Shown: positions 39,276 to 49,197, counted from the first letter of the stretch. The stretch is 64,000 nucleotides of DNA from Anaerobutyricum sp. (GCA_045112755.1 JBGUIF010000095.1:384-64383), one strand, 5' to 3'. Numbers and translations are program-made. Notes: generated by a model from the sequence alone, not told the origin.

Positions 39276-40679
39276 TCAATCAAGTGCATATCGGGATATG
39301 TAATTGCTGCCCCTGGTCCTCATGTAAAGTAAATATTCATATCTCACATCCGCTTTGGCCGACTTGTCAGTAAATCTGTACAAACCTTTCTTCATCTTCC
39401 GGGAGGATAAGGTCATGATACGCTCCCAGCCTTTTTTCGCTTCTGTCAGAGGCCTGCGATAAAGCTTATAGGTTGCTTTGGGGACCAGCTTAAACACGAT
39501 CTCCCTGCTGCAGGTCTTCACTTTTTTCGTTTTTCTGGAGGTCTTGGACTTCTTAGAAGTTTTAGACGTTTCTTTCTTCTTTGATGTCGCTGCCTCTGTG
39601 GTTTTTCCTGTCTCCCCGGCCTTCGGCGTCTCTTTTGATTCCTCAGAAGTTTTGACTCCTCCTGTTTTCTTAGATCCCTTCGTTTTCTTTGGCATCTTTT
39701 TTTTCTTCACTTTTTTGATCACGGCAAGGTTTTTGGCCTTTTCCCCGGTATAGCTGCGGTAAAACTCAGCCATATCAGGAACCCCCCAGCCATAATAGGG
39801 ATCGCATCCTGCGCTGCCCTTATCAGTACAGCATTTTTTCAGAATTTCGACCAGCCCCTGATTATTCCTCCGGGGATAGAACATTTTCAGATAAGCAAAA
39901 CAGGCTGCAATATGGGGTGTGGCGAAAGACGTCCCCCTCGATTCCAGGAAGTGATGAGGATTACCTTCTTTGGGAATCAGCACACCGGTCCCGGGAGCGC
40001 AGAAAGTGATGATGCTTCCATAGTTGGAATAAGATTTTGCAAAGCTCATATCTGCGATCACATCATGCCGTGAAGGATCCGCGCTGAGGGCAGAAACCGC
40101 ATAAGTATAATTGCTGTTAGCCGGGAAAATGTTCTTTCCATCCTCCTTGTTATTGGCCGCAGCGGCCAGGAGGATGATATTCTTTTTATAGGCCTTTTTC
40201 AGAAGGTCTTCGATTTCCTGATCTGCAATGATCTTCTTGTGCCCTATGCACATGGTGATGATGTCCACATTGTCGTTTATGGCGGCTTTCAGAGCCTTTT
40301 TGAAAGTATCCGGTTTCTTGATATCCACCTGATACCCATAAATATGGACATTCCCCGGCGTGCAGTCAGCAATGACCCCGGCCACCGCTGTCCCGTGAAA
40401 ATGAGAGCCCTTGGAAAGTCCCAGCTGATTCTTTACTTTCCTGCCCCGGAAAACATCATGGGTTTTCAGAATGGATGTATCAAAAACGGCCACCTTGACT
40501 GTTCTAAGATCTTTCCTGTCCGCAAGCTGGGATTTGAGCCACTCAAGACCCATGGCATGGGCACCGTAAGATTCCGAAATATATTTATAATATCCTTTTT
40601 CCTTCTGGCTGGCCGCCGCCGGTTTCATGCAAATCATAAAAAGCAGAAAAAAGATACACATCCTCTTGAGAAAGTTCAT
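39276..40679 (-). CDS. secreted S8 (subtilisin-like) serine peptidase with Lys-rich linker and C-terminal domain of about 78 aa
   Basis: Signal peptide. Catalytic triad contexts VAVFDT, HGTAVAG and GTSFATPH. Confidence 0.88.
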   Translation of the reverse strand: MNFLKRMCIFFLLFMICMKPAAASQKEKGYYKYISESYGAHAMGLEWLKSQLADRKDLRTVKVAVFDTSILKTHDVFRGRKVKNQLGLSKGSHFHGTAVAGVIADCTPGNVHIYGYQVDIKKPDTFKKALKAAINDNVDIITMCIGHKKIIADQEIEDLLKKAYKKNIILLAAAANNKEDGKNIFPANSNYTYAVSALSADPSRHDVIADMSFAKSYSNYGSIITFCAPGTGVLIPKEGNPHHFLESRGTSFATPHIAACFAYLKMFYPRRNNQGLVEILKKCCTDKGSAGCDPYYGWGVPDMAEFYRSYTGEKAKNLAVIKKVKKKKMPKKTKGSKKTGGVKTSEESKETPKAGETGKTTEAATSKKKETSKTSKKSKTSRKTKKVKTCSREIVFKLVPKATYKLYRRPLTEAKKGWERIMTLSSRKMKKGLYRFTDKSAKADVRYEYLLYMRTRGSNYISRYALD

Positions 40680-40770
40680 ATCATGCCAGCTCCTTCCATG
40701 TACCAGATTTCAATACCTTCCTCCGGTTCCTTTTACCATCATATCACAAATTCCAAACTTTGCAGATGAT

Positions 40771-41700
40771 TTACAGTATTACAGTATAGACAAAATAAAC
40801 TGCGTAGCAGGCCAGAAGAATAAGGCCTGACTTTCTGTCCAGCTTATGGGAACGAAGTACCAGAAGCCAGAGAAGGACAGAGGCAAAAATCGCCACAATG
40901 GAGTCCTGAATAAATGCGGAGGAAAACTGGACCGGAGTGATCAGTGCAGTGGTTCCCACCACAAAAAGTACGTTGAAGATATTACTGCCCACAATATTTC
41001 CGACAGCAATGTCCGCATTGCCCTTTCTCGCTGCTGAAACTGAGGTAAAAAGTTCCGGCAGAGATGTACCCAGAGCTACAATGGTCAGAGCAATGATTCG
41101 ATCACTGATTCCCATCATCTTTGCGATGGATGTCGCTGCATCCACGGTCACATCAGAGCCCCAGACAATCAGCCCTACTCCCACAACAGTCATAAGCAGA
41201 AGCTGCCACACGGGTTTCGGCTCACTGTTCTCTTCGTCCGTACCTTCTTTGGACATACGATAAAGGTAAGCAAGATAGATCACAAAGAACACCCAGAGCA
41301 CTACTCCTTCCAGAAAGCGCAGTTCGTTTTCTGTGTAGGCAAGAACAAGCATGGCCACTGTCACAAGAATCATGAAGGGCATCTCATATCTGACTGTGCT
41401 CTTCTGCACCGCCACCACAGTCAAGACGGAAGCCAAGCCTAAAATAACAAATATATTCAGAATATTGCTGCCCAGAACATTACCGATGGTAATGTCGGCA
41501 CTTCCTTTAAGCGCGGCGGATATACTGACCGCCGCCTCCGGCGCACTGGTCCCCATGGCCACGATGGTTAGTCCGATCACCAGCTGCGGTACACCAAGCT
41601 TTCCTGCGATTCCCGCCGCTCCGTCAACAAACCAGTCTGATCCTTTGATCAGCATCAGAAACCCCAGGACCAGCAGACCCAATTGCAGTACGATCGCCAT
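40771..41700 (-). CDS. calcium/sodium (CaCA, YrbG-type) antiporter
   Basis: Two alpha-repeat motifs (GTSAPE / GTSLPEL) in a 309-aa polytopic protein. Confidence 0.88.
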   Translation of the reverse strand: MAIVLQLGLLVLGFLMLIKGSDWFVDGAAGIAGKLGVPQLVIGLTIVAMGTSAPEAAVSISAALKGSADITIGNVLGSNILNIFVILGLASVLTVVAVQKSTVRYEMPFMILVTVAMLVLAYTENELRFLEGVVLWVFFVIYLAYLYRMSKEGTDEENSEPKPVWQLLLMTVVGVGLIVWGSDVTVDAATSIAKMMGISDRIIALTIVALGTSLPELFTSVSAARKGNADIAVGNIVGSNIFNVLFVVGTTALITPVQFSSAFIQDSIVAIFASVLLWLLVLRSHKLDRKSGLILLACYAVYFVYTVIL

Positions 41701-41808
41701 GATATTTTCCTCCTTTTCAATCTCCCTCCACAGGGGGATCCGCCGGATTGCAGAGATAAATCTTCCCGGCAGTCATTATTTATACTGAGAATCATCAGCA
41801 TGCAGTAG

Positions 41809-43140
41809 TCAATGAGTAAGCTTATCCATCTCCGCCAGGATTTCACGGCGGCTGACACCCCGCTCCCGGGCCAGCCTGCTTATACTTTCATATTCAGGAT
41901 AAGCCCTCTCTGAACCGTCAGGCAGGGTGCAGATCTTCAGCTCCACCTGACCGTCCGGAAGGTCCACCGTTTTCATTCTTCTGGGAAGGACAGTCCGCTC
42001 ACAGGCATAGCGCCGTATACCAATGGTGGTGGTTTCCCGGAAAATAATCTCTTCCATCCTGGCAATCTCCTGCTCCGGACACAGGACAGTCAGCAGGACT
42101 CCCGGTCTGTTCTTCTTCATGTAGACAGGGGTGTAAAAGACATCCCTGGCTCCAGCCTCAAACAGACAGCCCATCACAAATCCCAGATCCTCCCCGGTGC
42201 AGTCATCCAGGTTGGTCTCAAGCTTCCAGACCCGGTCTGATCTTTCACTGTCTCCCTTCCCCTCTTCTGCAGAAGAAAGAATGAAGGCCCGGAGTATGCT
42301 GGGGATCTCGTAATCTCTTTTGCCGGCCCCCGTGCCGGTTTTCTCAATCATCAGGAGTTCCGGCAGGCTGCGGCTGCTGCAGATTGCCGCCGCGATGGCT
42401 GCCCCGGTGGGGGTGATCAGCTCTCCCATTCTGCCAGTCATTTTCACCGGCAGCAGGTGATCCCTGACAATGGATGCCACTGCCGGCACTGGAACTGATA
42501 GAAGACCGTGGGCACATCTTACTGTCCCGGAGCCCTCTCCGATCCCCGTAATGATGGTCTCTGTAATCCCCAGATCATCGAAGCATACTGCTGCCGCGAC
42601 GATATCAACGATGGAATCCACAGCTCCCACTTCATGAAAATGTACCTTCTCCACAGTAGTCCCGTGGGATTCAGCCTCCGCTGCAGCTATAATCTCAAAT
42701 ATACGGTAGGCCAGCGCCCTGGCCCCCTCTGTCATTTCTCCCTCAGCAATAATCTCCTGAATTTCCTTCATGCCGCGGTGAATGTGACTGCCGGCATGGC
42801 CATGGTCGTGATGACCGTGGTGGTCATGGTCCTCTCCATGGCTGTGGTGACCGTGATGGTGGTCATGGCCCTCTCCATGGCTGCGGCCCTTTAAATGACC
42901 GTAAAGGTATTCCATATCATGGTCATGATTCTCCAGGTTTTCATCAAGGATCACATGAAAATCACAGCAATCCAGGCCGGACTTTTTTACTCTGGAAACA
43001 TTTACTTTATAACCTTCCAGAGGAAGGCTGGACAGGGTCTTTCTGACCGCCTCCTCACTGGCACCCAAGTCCAGCAGGGCTGCCACAAACATATCGCCGC
43101 TGATCCCATTTTCACATTCAAGATATAACGTTCTACCCAT
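41809..43140 (-). CDS. larC: nickel-pincer cofactor biosynthesis protein LarC (nickel insertion)
   Basis: MGRTLYLEC..GISGDM N-terminus, His-rich Ni-binding stretch, C-terminal LarC2-like domain. Confidence 0.88.
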   Translation of the reverse strand: MGRTLYLECENGISGDMFVAALLDLGASEEAVRKTLSSLPLEGYKVNVSRVKKSGLDCCDFHVILDENLENHDHDMEYLYGHLKGRSHGEGHDHHHGHHSHGEDHDHHGHHDHGHAGSHIHRGMKEIQEIIAEGEMTEGARALAYRIFEIIAAAEAESHGTTVEKVHFHEVGAVDSIVDIVAAAVCFDDLGITETIITGIGEGSGTVRCAHGLLSVPVPAVASIVRDHLLPVKMTGRMGELITPTGAAIAAAICSSRSLPELLMIEKTGTGAGKRDYEIPSILRAFILSSAEEGKGDSERSDRVWKLETNLDDCTGEDLGFVMGCLFEAGARDVFYTPVYMKKNRPGVLLTVLCPEQEIARMEEIIFRETTTIGIRRYACERTVLPRRMKTVDLPDGQVELKICTLPDGSERAYPEYESISRLARERGVSRREILAEMDKLTH

Positions 43141-43743
43141 CTAATCCAACACCTTCTTGATCGCTGCCAGAAGATCATCAAATTCTTCATAGGCAGGAAA
43201 CTCGGGATAATCCTTTTTAATCTGTTCCGTGCTGCGGAAAAGGAAGCCGGCCTTGCTGATTTTGATCATGCCAAGGTCATTAAAGCTGTCACCGGAAGCG
43301 ATGGTGTCATAACCGATGGACTGCAGCGCCTTTACCGTCGCATACTTAGAGTTTTCAATTCTCATTTTATAACCTGTAATCTCTCCGCTCTCAGAGACCT
43401 CCAGACTGTTGCAAAAAAGTGTGGGCCATCCCAGTTTTTCCATAAGCGGTCTGGCAAACTGGGTAAAGGTATCACTGATAATGATCACCTGCGTCATGGA
43501 CCGCAGCTGATCCAGGAACTCTCTGGCTCCCGGCAGGGGTTCGATGGAAGCGATGGTCTCCTGGATCTCCTTGAGTCCCAGGCCATGTTCCTTCAGAATT
43601 CCCAGCCTCCACTGCATCAATTTATCATAATCGGGCTCATCTCTTGTGGTTCTCCTCAGCTCAGGAATGCCGCTGGCCTCGGAAAATGCAATCCATATCT
43701 CAGGGACAAGCACGCCTTCTAAGTCCAAACAAACAATATTCAT
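43141..43743 (-). CDS. thrH: ThrH-like HAD phosphatase (phosphoserine phosphatase/homoserine phosphotransferase family)
   Basis: MNIVCLDLEGVLVPEIWIAF... is colinear with Pseudomonas ThrH as I recall it. Its stop abuts the larC ATG. Confidence 0.75.
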   Translation of the reverse strand: MNIVCLDLEGVLVPEIWIAFSEASGIPELRRTTRDEPDYDKLMQWRLGILKEHGLGLKEIQETIASIEPLPGAREFLDQLRSMTQVIIISDTFTQFARPLMEKLGWPTLFCNSLEVSESGEITGYKMRIENSKYATVKALQSIGYDTIASGDSFNDLGMIKISKAGFLFRSTEQIKKDYPEFPAYEEFDDLLAAIKKVLD

Positions 43744-43778
43744 AAAATCCTCCACTTCTTGTCTATTCTATCTGTAAA

Positions 43779-44882
43779 TCAAAGTTCCACCAGTTTTCCC
43801 TGCCGGCGGGCCAGGTCGATCAGCTCCTGCATTCTGGCATTGATCTCCCGGATCTCCACACCAGCATAAATCACTTCATCACACTGGCTGATCAGTTCCA
43901 CGGCTCTCGATACCGCCCTCTCAGACAAGGGTGCAAAAGCCTCCTCATCCACCACCTCCGAAGCCAGCAGCCGGGCCAGCTCATAGTCAATATCATTACG
44001 ATAAAGGATACCGGCGGCAAAGGCTCTGTTCTCCTTCTGAAGCCGTCTGAAGACCCGAATCCCCGTACCGCCCGAAGACAGAACAAAAGTTTTGACCGGG
44101 CCGTTGGGTCTGGCCAGCTCAATGCTTCCAAAGACCGGATCGAAAAAACCATTATCCAGCCCGTAGAGATCCCGGATCGTCTCTTCCTCAAAAATCTCCT
44201 CCGGCGTACCATAGTAAGCCACATGATCTCCTTTGACACAGATGATCTTATCTGATATTTTCTCAGCCAGATCGATCTCATGGAGGGACATAATAACGGT
44301 AATCCCTTTTTTCTTGGCCATGCGGGTCAGAATGGTCAGAAGCTCCAGCTTATAGCGTATATCCAGGAAGGAGGTGGGCTCATCGAGAATGATGATCTCC
44401 GGCTCCTGGCAGATGGCTCTGGCCAGCAGAATCCTCTGTTTCTGTCCGTCACTGATGGCATTGAAATCCCGGGGCCCCAGCTCCAGGGCATGGACAGCCA
44501 TCAGGGCCTCATCCACTTTCCGCTCGTCCTCCCGAGAGAGGACTCCAAGGCGGCCTGTGTAGGGGTAACGGCCGGAAGCCACGATATCATGGCAGGTGAG
44601 AAGTTCCGTCTTGATCCTTTCTGTCAGCACCACAGCCATCCTGGTGGAAAGGTCCTTGTAGCTCATGGTGTGCAGGTTGGCCTGATCGAAAATCACCTTT
44701 CCTCCTATGATCTGAAGCTGCCTGGTGATACTTTTCAGAATCGTCGATTTGCCGGCGCCATTGGGGCCGATCAGGGTGACGATCTCTCCCTTTTTTATGT
44801 CAATGCAGATATCAGATATCAGCGGTTTCCCGTTATATCCGACAGCCAGATTATCCATAGTCAGATAAGACTTTGTGCTCAT
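43779..44882 (-). CDS. FecE/BtuD-type ABC importer ATPase with an extra C-terminal domain of about 110 aa
   Basis: GPNGAGKST, SDGQKQR and ILDEPTS motifs. Start set at MSTKSYL after AGGAGGA. Confidence 0.88.
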   Translation of the reverse strand: MSTKSYLTMDNLAVGYNGKPLISDICIDIKKGEIVTLIGPNGAGKSTILKSITRQLQIIGGKVIFDQANLHTMSYKDLSTRMAVVLTERIKTELLTCHDIVASGRYPYTGRLGVLSREDERKVDEALMAVHALELGPRDFNAISDGQKQRILLARAICQEPEIIILDEPTSFLDIRYKLELLTILTRMAKKKGITVIMSLHEIDLAEKISDKIICVKGDHVAYYGTPEEIFEEETIRDLYGLDNGFFDPVFGSIELARPNGPVKTFVLSSGGTGIRVFRRLQKENRAFAAGILYRNDIDYELARLLASEVVDEEAFAPLSERAVSRAVELISQCDEVIYAGVEIREINARMQELIDLARRQGKLVEL

Positions 44883-44980
44883 CCCATTATCCTCCTGTCC
44901 TTTGAGACTGCCGCCTAAAGGCGGCCTGTCTGTTCTGTCTGACGTCTGGTCTTTCAAGTATTGTGACGAAAGCAGCCTTG

Positions 44981-46048
44981 CTAACGTCCTCCCCTTCTGC
45001 GAATCATCATGAATATGACAATGGGTGCACCGAAAATGGACGTCACTGTACTGATATTCAGCTCCAGGGGCGCGAAGGCCAGCCGGGCAATCAGATCACA
45101 GAACATACAAAACACTGCTCCTCCCACAAAAGTTCCAGGAATGACAACCAAAGGTCTGGAAGTCCCAAAAGCATTTTTAATCAGGAAAGGTACGGCGATG
45201 CCCACAAAGGAAATAGGTCCGGCAAAGGCTGTCACCGTGGCCGAGAGGATGCTGGAAAGAACGATCAGGGCAATCCGAAAGAGACGGATATTCACTCCGA
45301 TACTCTGGGCATAATGTTCCCCCAGCTGGTAGGCTCCAATGGGTTTGGAGAGCATCATGATCAGAACAAAAGCCACAAGAACGGTGACCCCTCCAATCAG
45401 AACATTGCTCCAGTTCATACCTGAAAAACTACCCTGGGACCAATTATGGAGATTGGCAATATCAGAATCATCCGCAAAGGTGATGACAAAATCTGTCACC
45501 GCTGAACAGATATAGCCGATCATAATTCCGGCAACCAGAAGGGCTGCCATATTGGGAATCCTCCGCGAGACCGCCAGAATGAATCCCACTGACATAAGGG
45601 ACCCGACAAAAGCTGCCAGGATCATCGTATAAGAAGTCACTTTCATCATCCGGCCCAGCATAAAAATGGTCACAATGGCCACCACCATCTTGGCTCCTGA
45701 AGAGATACCCAGCACAAAGGGTCCGGCAATGGGATTCTCAAAGAATGTCTGAAGGAGAAAGCCTGACAGGGACAGGGCCCCGCCCAGCAGGGCTGCCATA
45801 AGAATTCTGGGCAGCCGGATCTTCCATATGATATTAACTTCCTTGACTGATCCGGTTTTCGTAAAGAGGATCTGGAGGATCCTGGAAACCGGAATATGGA
45901 CATTACCACTGTTAATATTGACGACAGTGATGACAAAAAAGGCCAGGAACAATCCTGAAAAAACCATGATATATCGGCTTCTTCTCCTGAAATTCGCCGC
46001 GTGATAGCTGGTCTGCAGCTGGTCGTCCATCTTTTTTTCTTCTGCCAT
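44981..46048 (-). CDS. FecCD-family ABC importer permease
   Basis: 355-aa polytopic protein with a typical FecCD/BtuC pattern. Confidence 0.9.
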   Translation of the reverse strand: MAEEKKMDDQLQTSYHAANFRRRSRYIMVFSGLFLAFFVITVVNINSGNVHIPVSRILQILFTKTGSVKEVNIIWKIRLPRILMAALLGGALSLSGFLLQTFFENPIAGPFVLGISSGAKMVVAIVTIFMLGRMMKVTSYTMILAAFVGSLMSVGFILAVSRRIPNMAALLVAGIMIGYICSAVTDFVITFADDSDIANLHNWSQGSFSGMNWSNVLIGGVTVLVAFVLIMMLSKPIGAYQLGEHYAQSIGVNIRLFRIALIVLSSILSATVTAFAGPISFVGIAVPFLIKNAFGTSRPLVVIPGTFVGGAVFCMFCDLIARLAFAPLELNISTVTSIFGAPIVIFMMIRRRGGR

Positions 46049-46052
46049 GCTC

Positions 46053-47294
46053 TTACCTCAATCTACTGATAAACTGCAGGTCCTGCGGATCATCTTCCGT
46101 AAAAATCCTATGGAATTCCATGATCATATCACCAACCACGTCCGGTCTCTGGTACATGGAACTGCCGGTCACCCAGCAATTGCCTTCCTTCACTGCCTTC
46201 ATGTTGGATAAGATGGGATTTTTCTGGGTCAGTTCTTCCATGGAAGTGACCGAACCATCAATGCTGCCATTGTAAATAATATAGTCGGCATTTTCTGCCA
46301 CATTATAGAACTTCTCAACGCTCATGGGAATGGAAGCATTATCCGTACCGCTGTCCAGATCCTTGAAAATATATCTGGCCCCGGCCGTCTCAATCATGGC
46401 CGGCACATAGTCATCCGAACTGCGGACCACCACTCTGCCGTCCTGGGCAATGTAGAAAAAGGCCACTGTCTTTTCCGTGTTGGTAAAGTTCTCCAGGCCT
46501 GCGACTTTACTCTTCTGATCTTCAAAGAAGTCTTCCGCCGCCGTCTCCCTGCCGGTGATGACACCGTAAAGCTTAATCCATTCTGCCCTTCCAAGAGGGC
46601 CTTCCTCGTAACTGGACCGGTCCACCAGAACCGGAATCTCCAGCTCCTCAATCATCTCCTTGACCTCAGGGTTGTGATAAATCATGGTCGACTCTATCAC
46701 CAGATCGCAGCCTTCTTCCAAAAGCAGTTCATAGTCAGGCTCACTGTACTTGCCGGCATAAATGATATCACCGCTCTCCATGGCCTTTTTCGGTTCCTCA
46801 AAGGTCCAGTCGGAAGTCTCAATGGAAGACATGCGAACGGTATCCAGAGCATCCATGGATACAAAGTCTGCCATCACTGCCGTGGCTGCCAGATAGATCT
46901 TCTCGACTGGCTGGGAGATGACCACGATCTTTTCATCGAGACCTTCCGGGGCATCCTCCCCCTCCGGCACCACCAGATACCGGGCGTCGTCGTGAACATC
47001 AATCAGGGCATAGCCGCCCTCATAATAGTAGACATCATAGCATTTGGCATAGTCCAGCTTCATGGTTGCCTGGTATGTCAGACCATTTATTTTCGGTGCC
47101 CCGTCGGGATCATTTACCACATTTCTGGCCATACTGCCGCTGCTGCTTTTCCCGGAAGCTTTTTCCTGGCTGGTCCCAGACTCCACAGTCTGGCTGCCGC
47201 TGCTGTGACTGCAGCCTGCGGCAAAGGCTGATAAAGCCATACACACAAAAAGACATACTGCACTAATACTCTTTCTTTTATTTATTTTTTTCAT
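46053..47294 (-). CDS. class III (FecB/BtuF-type) substrate-binding lipoprotein
   Basis: Lipobox FAAGC, Ser/Gly-rich tether, periplasmic-binding-protein fold pattern. Start set at MKKINKR. Confidence 0.85.
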   Translation of the reverse strand: MKKINKRKSISAVCLFVCMALSAFAAGCSHSSGSQTVESGTSQEKASGKSSSGSMARNVVNDPDGAPKINGLTYQATMKLDYAKCYDVYYYEGGYALIDVHDDARYLVVPEGEDAPEGLDEKIVVISQPVEKIYLAATAVMADFVSMDALDTVRMSSIETSDWTFEEPKKAMESGDIIYAGKYSEPDYELLLEEGCDLVIESTMIYHNPEVKEMIEELEIPVLVDRSSYEEGPLGRAEWIKLYGVITGRETAAEDFFEDQKSKVAGLENFTNTEKTVAFFYIAQDGRVVVRSSDDYVPAMIETAGARYIFKDLDSGTDNASIPMSVEKFYNVAENADYIIYNGSIDGSVTSMEELTQKNPILSNMKAVKEGNCWVTGSSMYQRPDVVGDMIMEFHRIFTEDDPQDLQFISRLR

Positions 47295-47341
47295 TCTGAT
47301 AGCCCTCATCGTTCATTCATCTTGTTTCAATACAATATCTT

Positions 47342-47371
47342 ATTTTACAACTCTCCCTTCCCCCATGTCAA
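47342..47371 (-). promoter_or_regulatory. promoter of the SBP-permease-ATPase-thrH-larC operon
   Basis: On the minus strand, TTGACA, 18-nt spacer, TAAAAT about 50 nt upstream of the SBP start. Confidence 0.5.
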
Positions 47372-47550
47372 CAATCATGAAAGAAGTTACTATCAGTAAT
47401 AGATTCCCTCAATTATTGGTCCACATATTGCCAACTTTTGCCCCGTCAATTGCTATAATAAGAATGGAATATCATTGATTATTAAATTTAATCTTTTCGA
47501 TATATGATGTCAGCGTAAATCTGCTCACATTGTTTTGAGGATAATGCTTC

Positions 47551-49116
47551 ATGGGAAAAGGAAAATGGGAATTTTTTAAGGGAAACAGAGACAACTGGTT
47601 TTCGGAGCCTCTCTATAACTGGATGGATCTGTCGCAGGTACCTGAGGCCTCAGGCCTTAAGGACCGCTGTACCACAGACAGGATCCGGCAGGCTCTGTCC
47701 CCTTGGTCTGACCTCTTTCTGATCAAAATTGAATATTATCCGGAGGGAAGCTACCAGGAGCCGGACACCCCCAGGCTGACCAACGTCCAGAGTTTCTACA
47801 TGGTCACTCTGATCCATCGGATCTCTGACCGGCACACCGCCACGATGAAAATTCTGCTGCCGGTTCGCTGGAACGGCCGCTTTATGGGCATCGCCGGTGC
47901 AGGCAGCAACCTCTCCACCCCCTGGGACAAAGAACAGACGGTCAATCTGACAACCTGGCCCATCGCCATACGAAACGGCTTTGCCTGCGCTCTGAACGAC
48001 GGTGGTACAGGCCCCTTCGTGGATGCCGGCTGGGGTTTTGCCGAGGACGGAGACCTGGAGTGGGACCTGATGAGAAACTGGGCTTATACCGGCACCCATC
48101 ACATGACAGAGATGGCCAAAGCCGTGGTGGAAGCTGTCTATGGAAAACCGATCTACAAAAGTTACATGCACGGCACCTCCGGCGGCGGGAGGCAGGCTGT
48201 GGTGGAGGCAGTTCATTTTCCGGAGGATTATGACGGTCTCTGGGCGGACGGCCCTCTCTATGATTACTATAATCTGATGTTTGCCCTGCTCTGGGCCCCG
48301 GTGGTCGTCCATAATGAGCCCCACCATGTATCTCTGGAGAAATATAAAGCAGCCAATATCCTGGCCCGCATGGAAGACTTTACAGCCACAGAGCCCTACA
48401 GTCCTGATTCTGCCAACTGGCAGCGGTTTCTGGCGTCCCTTCCCGGCACCAGGACAAAAGACGGACCGATTACGGAAGAAGACCTGAAGGTGATGGTGCG
48501 GATGTGGAATGGTCCGGTTCTCATGGACGGCAGTTCCATTACCTACGGATTCGGCCCTGAGATCGTCCAGTGGCCTGTGGGGCCGAGAAAATTCGGCTAT
48601 CTCAAAACTCACGAAGACGGTTCTCTGTCCATCGTTCCCTTTGCTCTTCAGTTCATCCGCTGGCTGACCAGGGACCCGGATTATGATATCAATCAGTGCA
48701 GTTATGAAGAGTTTGACCGCATCTACCGGGATCACAAAGATGAGTTTGCCGATTATTCTTTCTATGATGCTGACCTGACAGCCTATGCAGCAAGGGGTGG
48801 AAAACTGATCATCACCCACGGAACCGGGGACCATGTCGTCCCGAACCAGATTACCAGGGACTTCTATCAAAAAGCACTGGCTTATTTCCCCTCAGAAAAG
48901 GCTTTGTCTGAAACCCTGCGCATCTTCATGTCCGAGAGAACCGGCCACGCCCTCTTCGACTGGTCCGGTCCCAATGTAAAGAATTCCTCAGCCTGGCCCG
49001 CCCTGATGAACTGGGTAGAGAAGGGGCAGGCTCCCGACAAACTTCAGACTCTGGAATATAATTTTGTGGATGATTGTGTCATCCGCCAGGACGAGGTATC
49101 CTTCTACAAAGGCTAA
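47551..49116 (+). CDS. tannase/feruloyl-esterase-family alpha/beta hydrolase (cytosolic)
   Basis: HGTSGGGRQ nucleophile elbow and GTGDHVVP acid-His pair. No signal peptide. Confidence 0.75.
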   Translation: MGKGKWEFFKGNRDNWFSEPLYNWMDLSQVPEASGLKDRCTTDRIRQALSPWSDLFLIKIEYYPEGSYQEPDTPRLTNVQSFYMVTLIHRISDRHTATMKILLPVRWNGRFMGIAGAGSNLSTPWDKEQTVNLTTWPIAIRNGFACALNDGGTGPFVDAGWGFAEDGDLEWDLMRNWAYTGTHHMTEMAKAVVEAVYGKPIYKSYMHGTSGGGRQAVVEAVHFPEDYDGLWADGPLYDYYNLMFALLWAPVVVHNEPHHVSLEKYKAANILARMEDFTATEPYSPDSANWQRFLASLPGTRTKDGPITEEDLKVMVRMWNGPVLMDGSSITYGFGPEIVQWPVGPRKFGYLKTHEDGSLSIVPFALQFIRWLTRDPDYDINQCSYEEFDRIYRDHKDEFADYSFYDADLTAYAARGGKLIITHGTGDHVVPNQITRDFYQKALAYFPSEKALSETLRIFMSERTGHALFDWSGPNVKNSSAWPALMNWVEKGQAPDKLQTLEYNFVDDCVIRQDEVSFYKG

Positions 49117-49149
49117 CCGTCACAAAAAATAGATACAAATCTGCAGATC

Positions 49150-49197
49150 AACCCCTGTATGCATGGCGGCACGTCAAAGCTTGCAGGGGTTATTTAT
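49150..49197 (+). terminator. terminator-like hairpin after the tannase-family gene
   Basis: AACCCCTG...CAGGGGTT stem followed by ATTTAT. The loop is long, so this is a weak call. Confidence 0.4.

Noticed and set aside
47310-47550. Possible cobalamin or other riboswitch upstream of the FecB/BtuF-type ABC importer
   Set aside because: The region is AT-rich, has no B12-box-like sequence, and the promoter sits only about 50 nt from the start codon.
47650-48870. 406-aa antisense ORF inside the tannase-family gene
   Set aside because: It is a typical long antisense frame in a GC-rich gene, its low-complexity Gly/Pro/Arg-rich translation shows no motifs, and the sense strand has clear hydrolase motifs.
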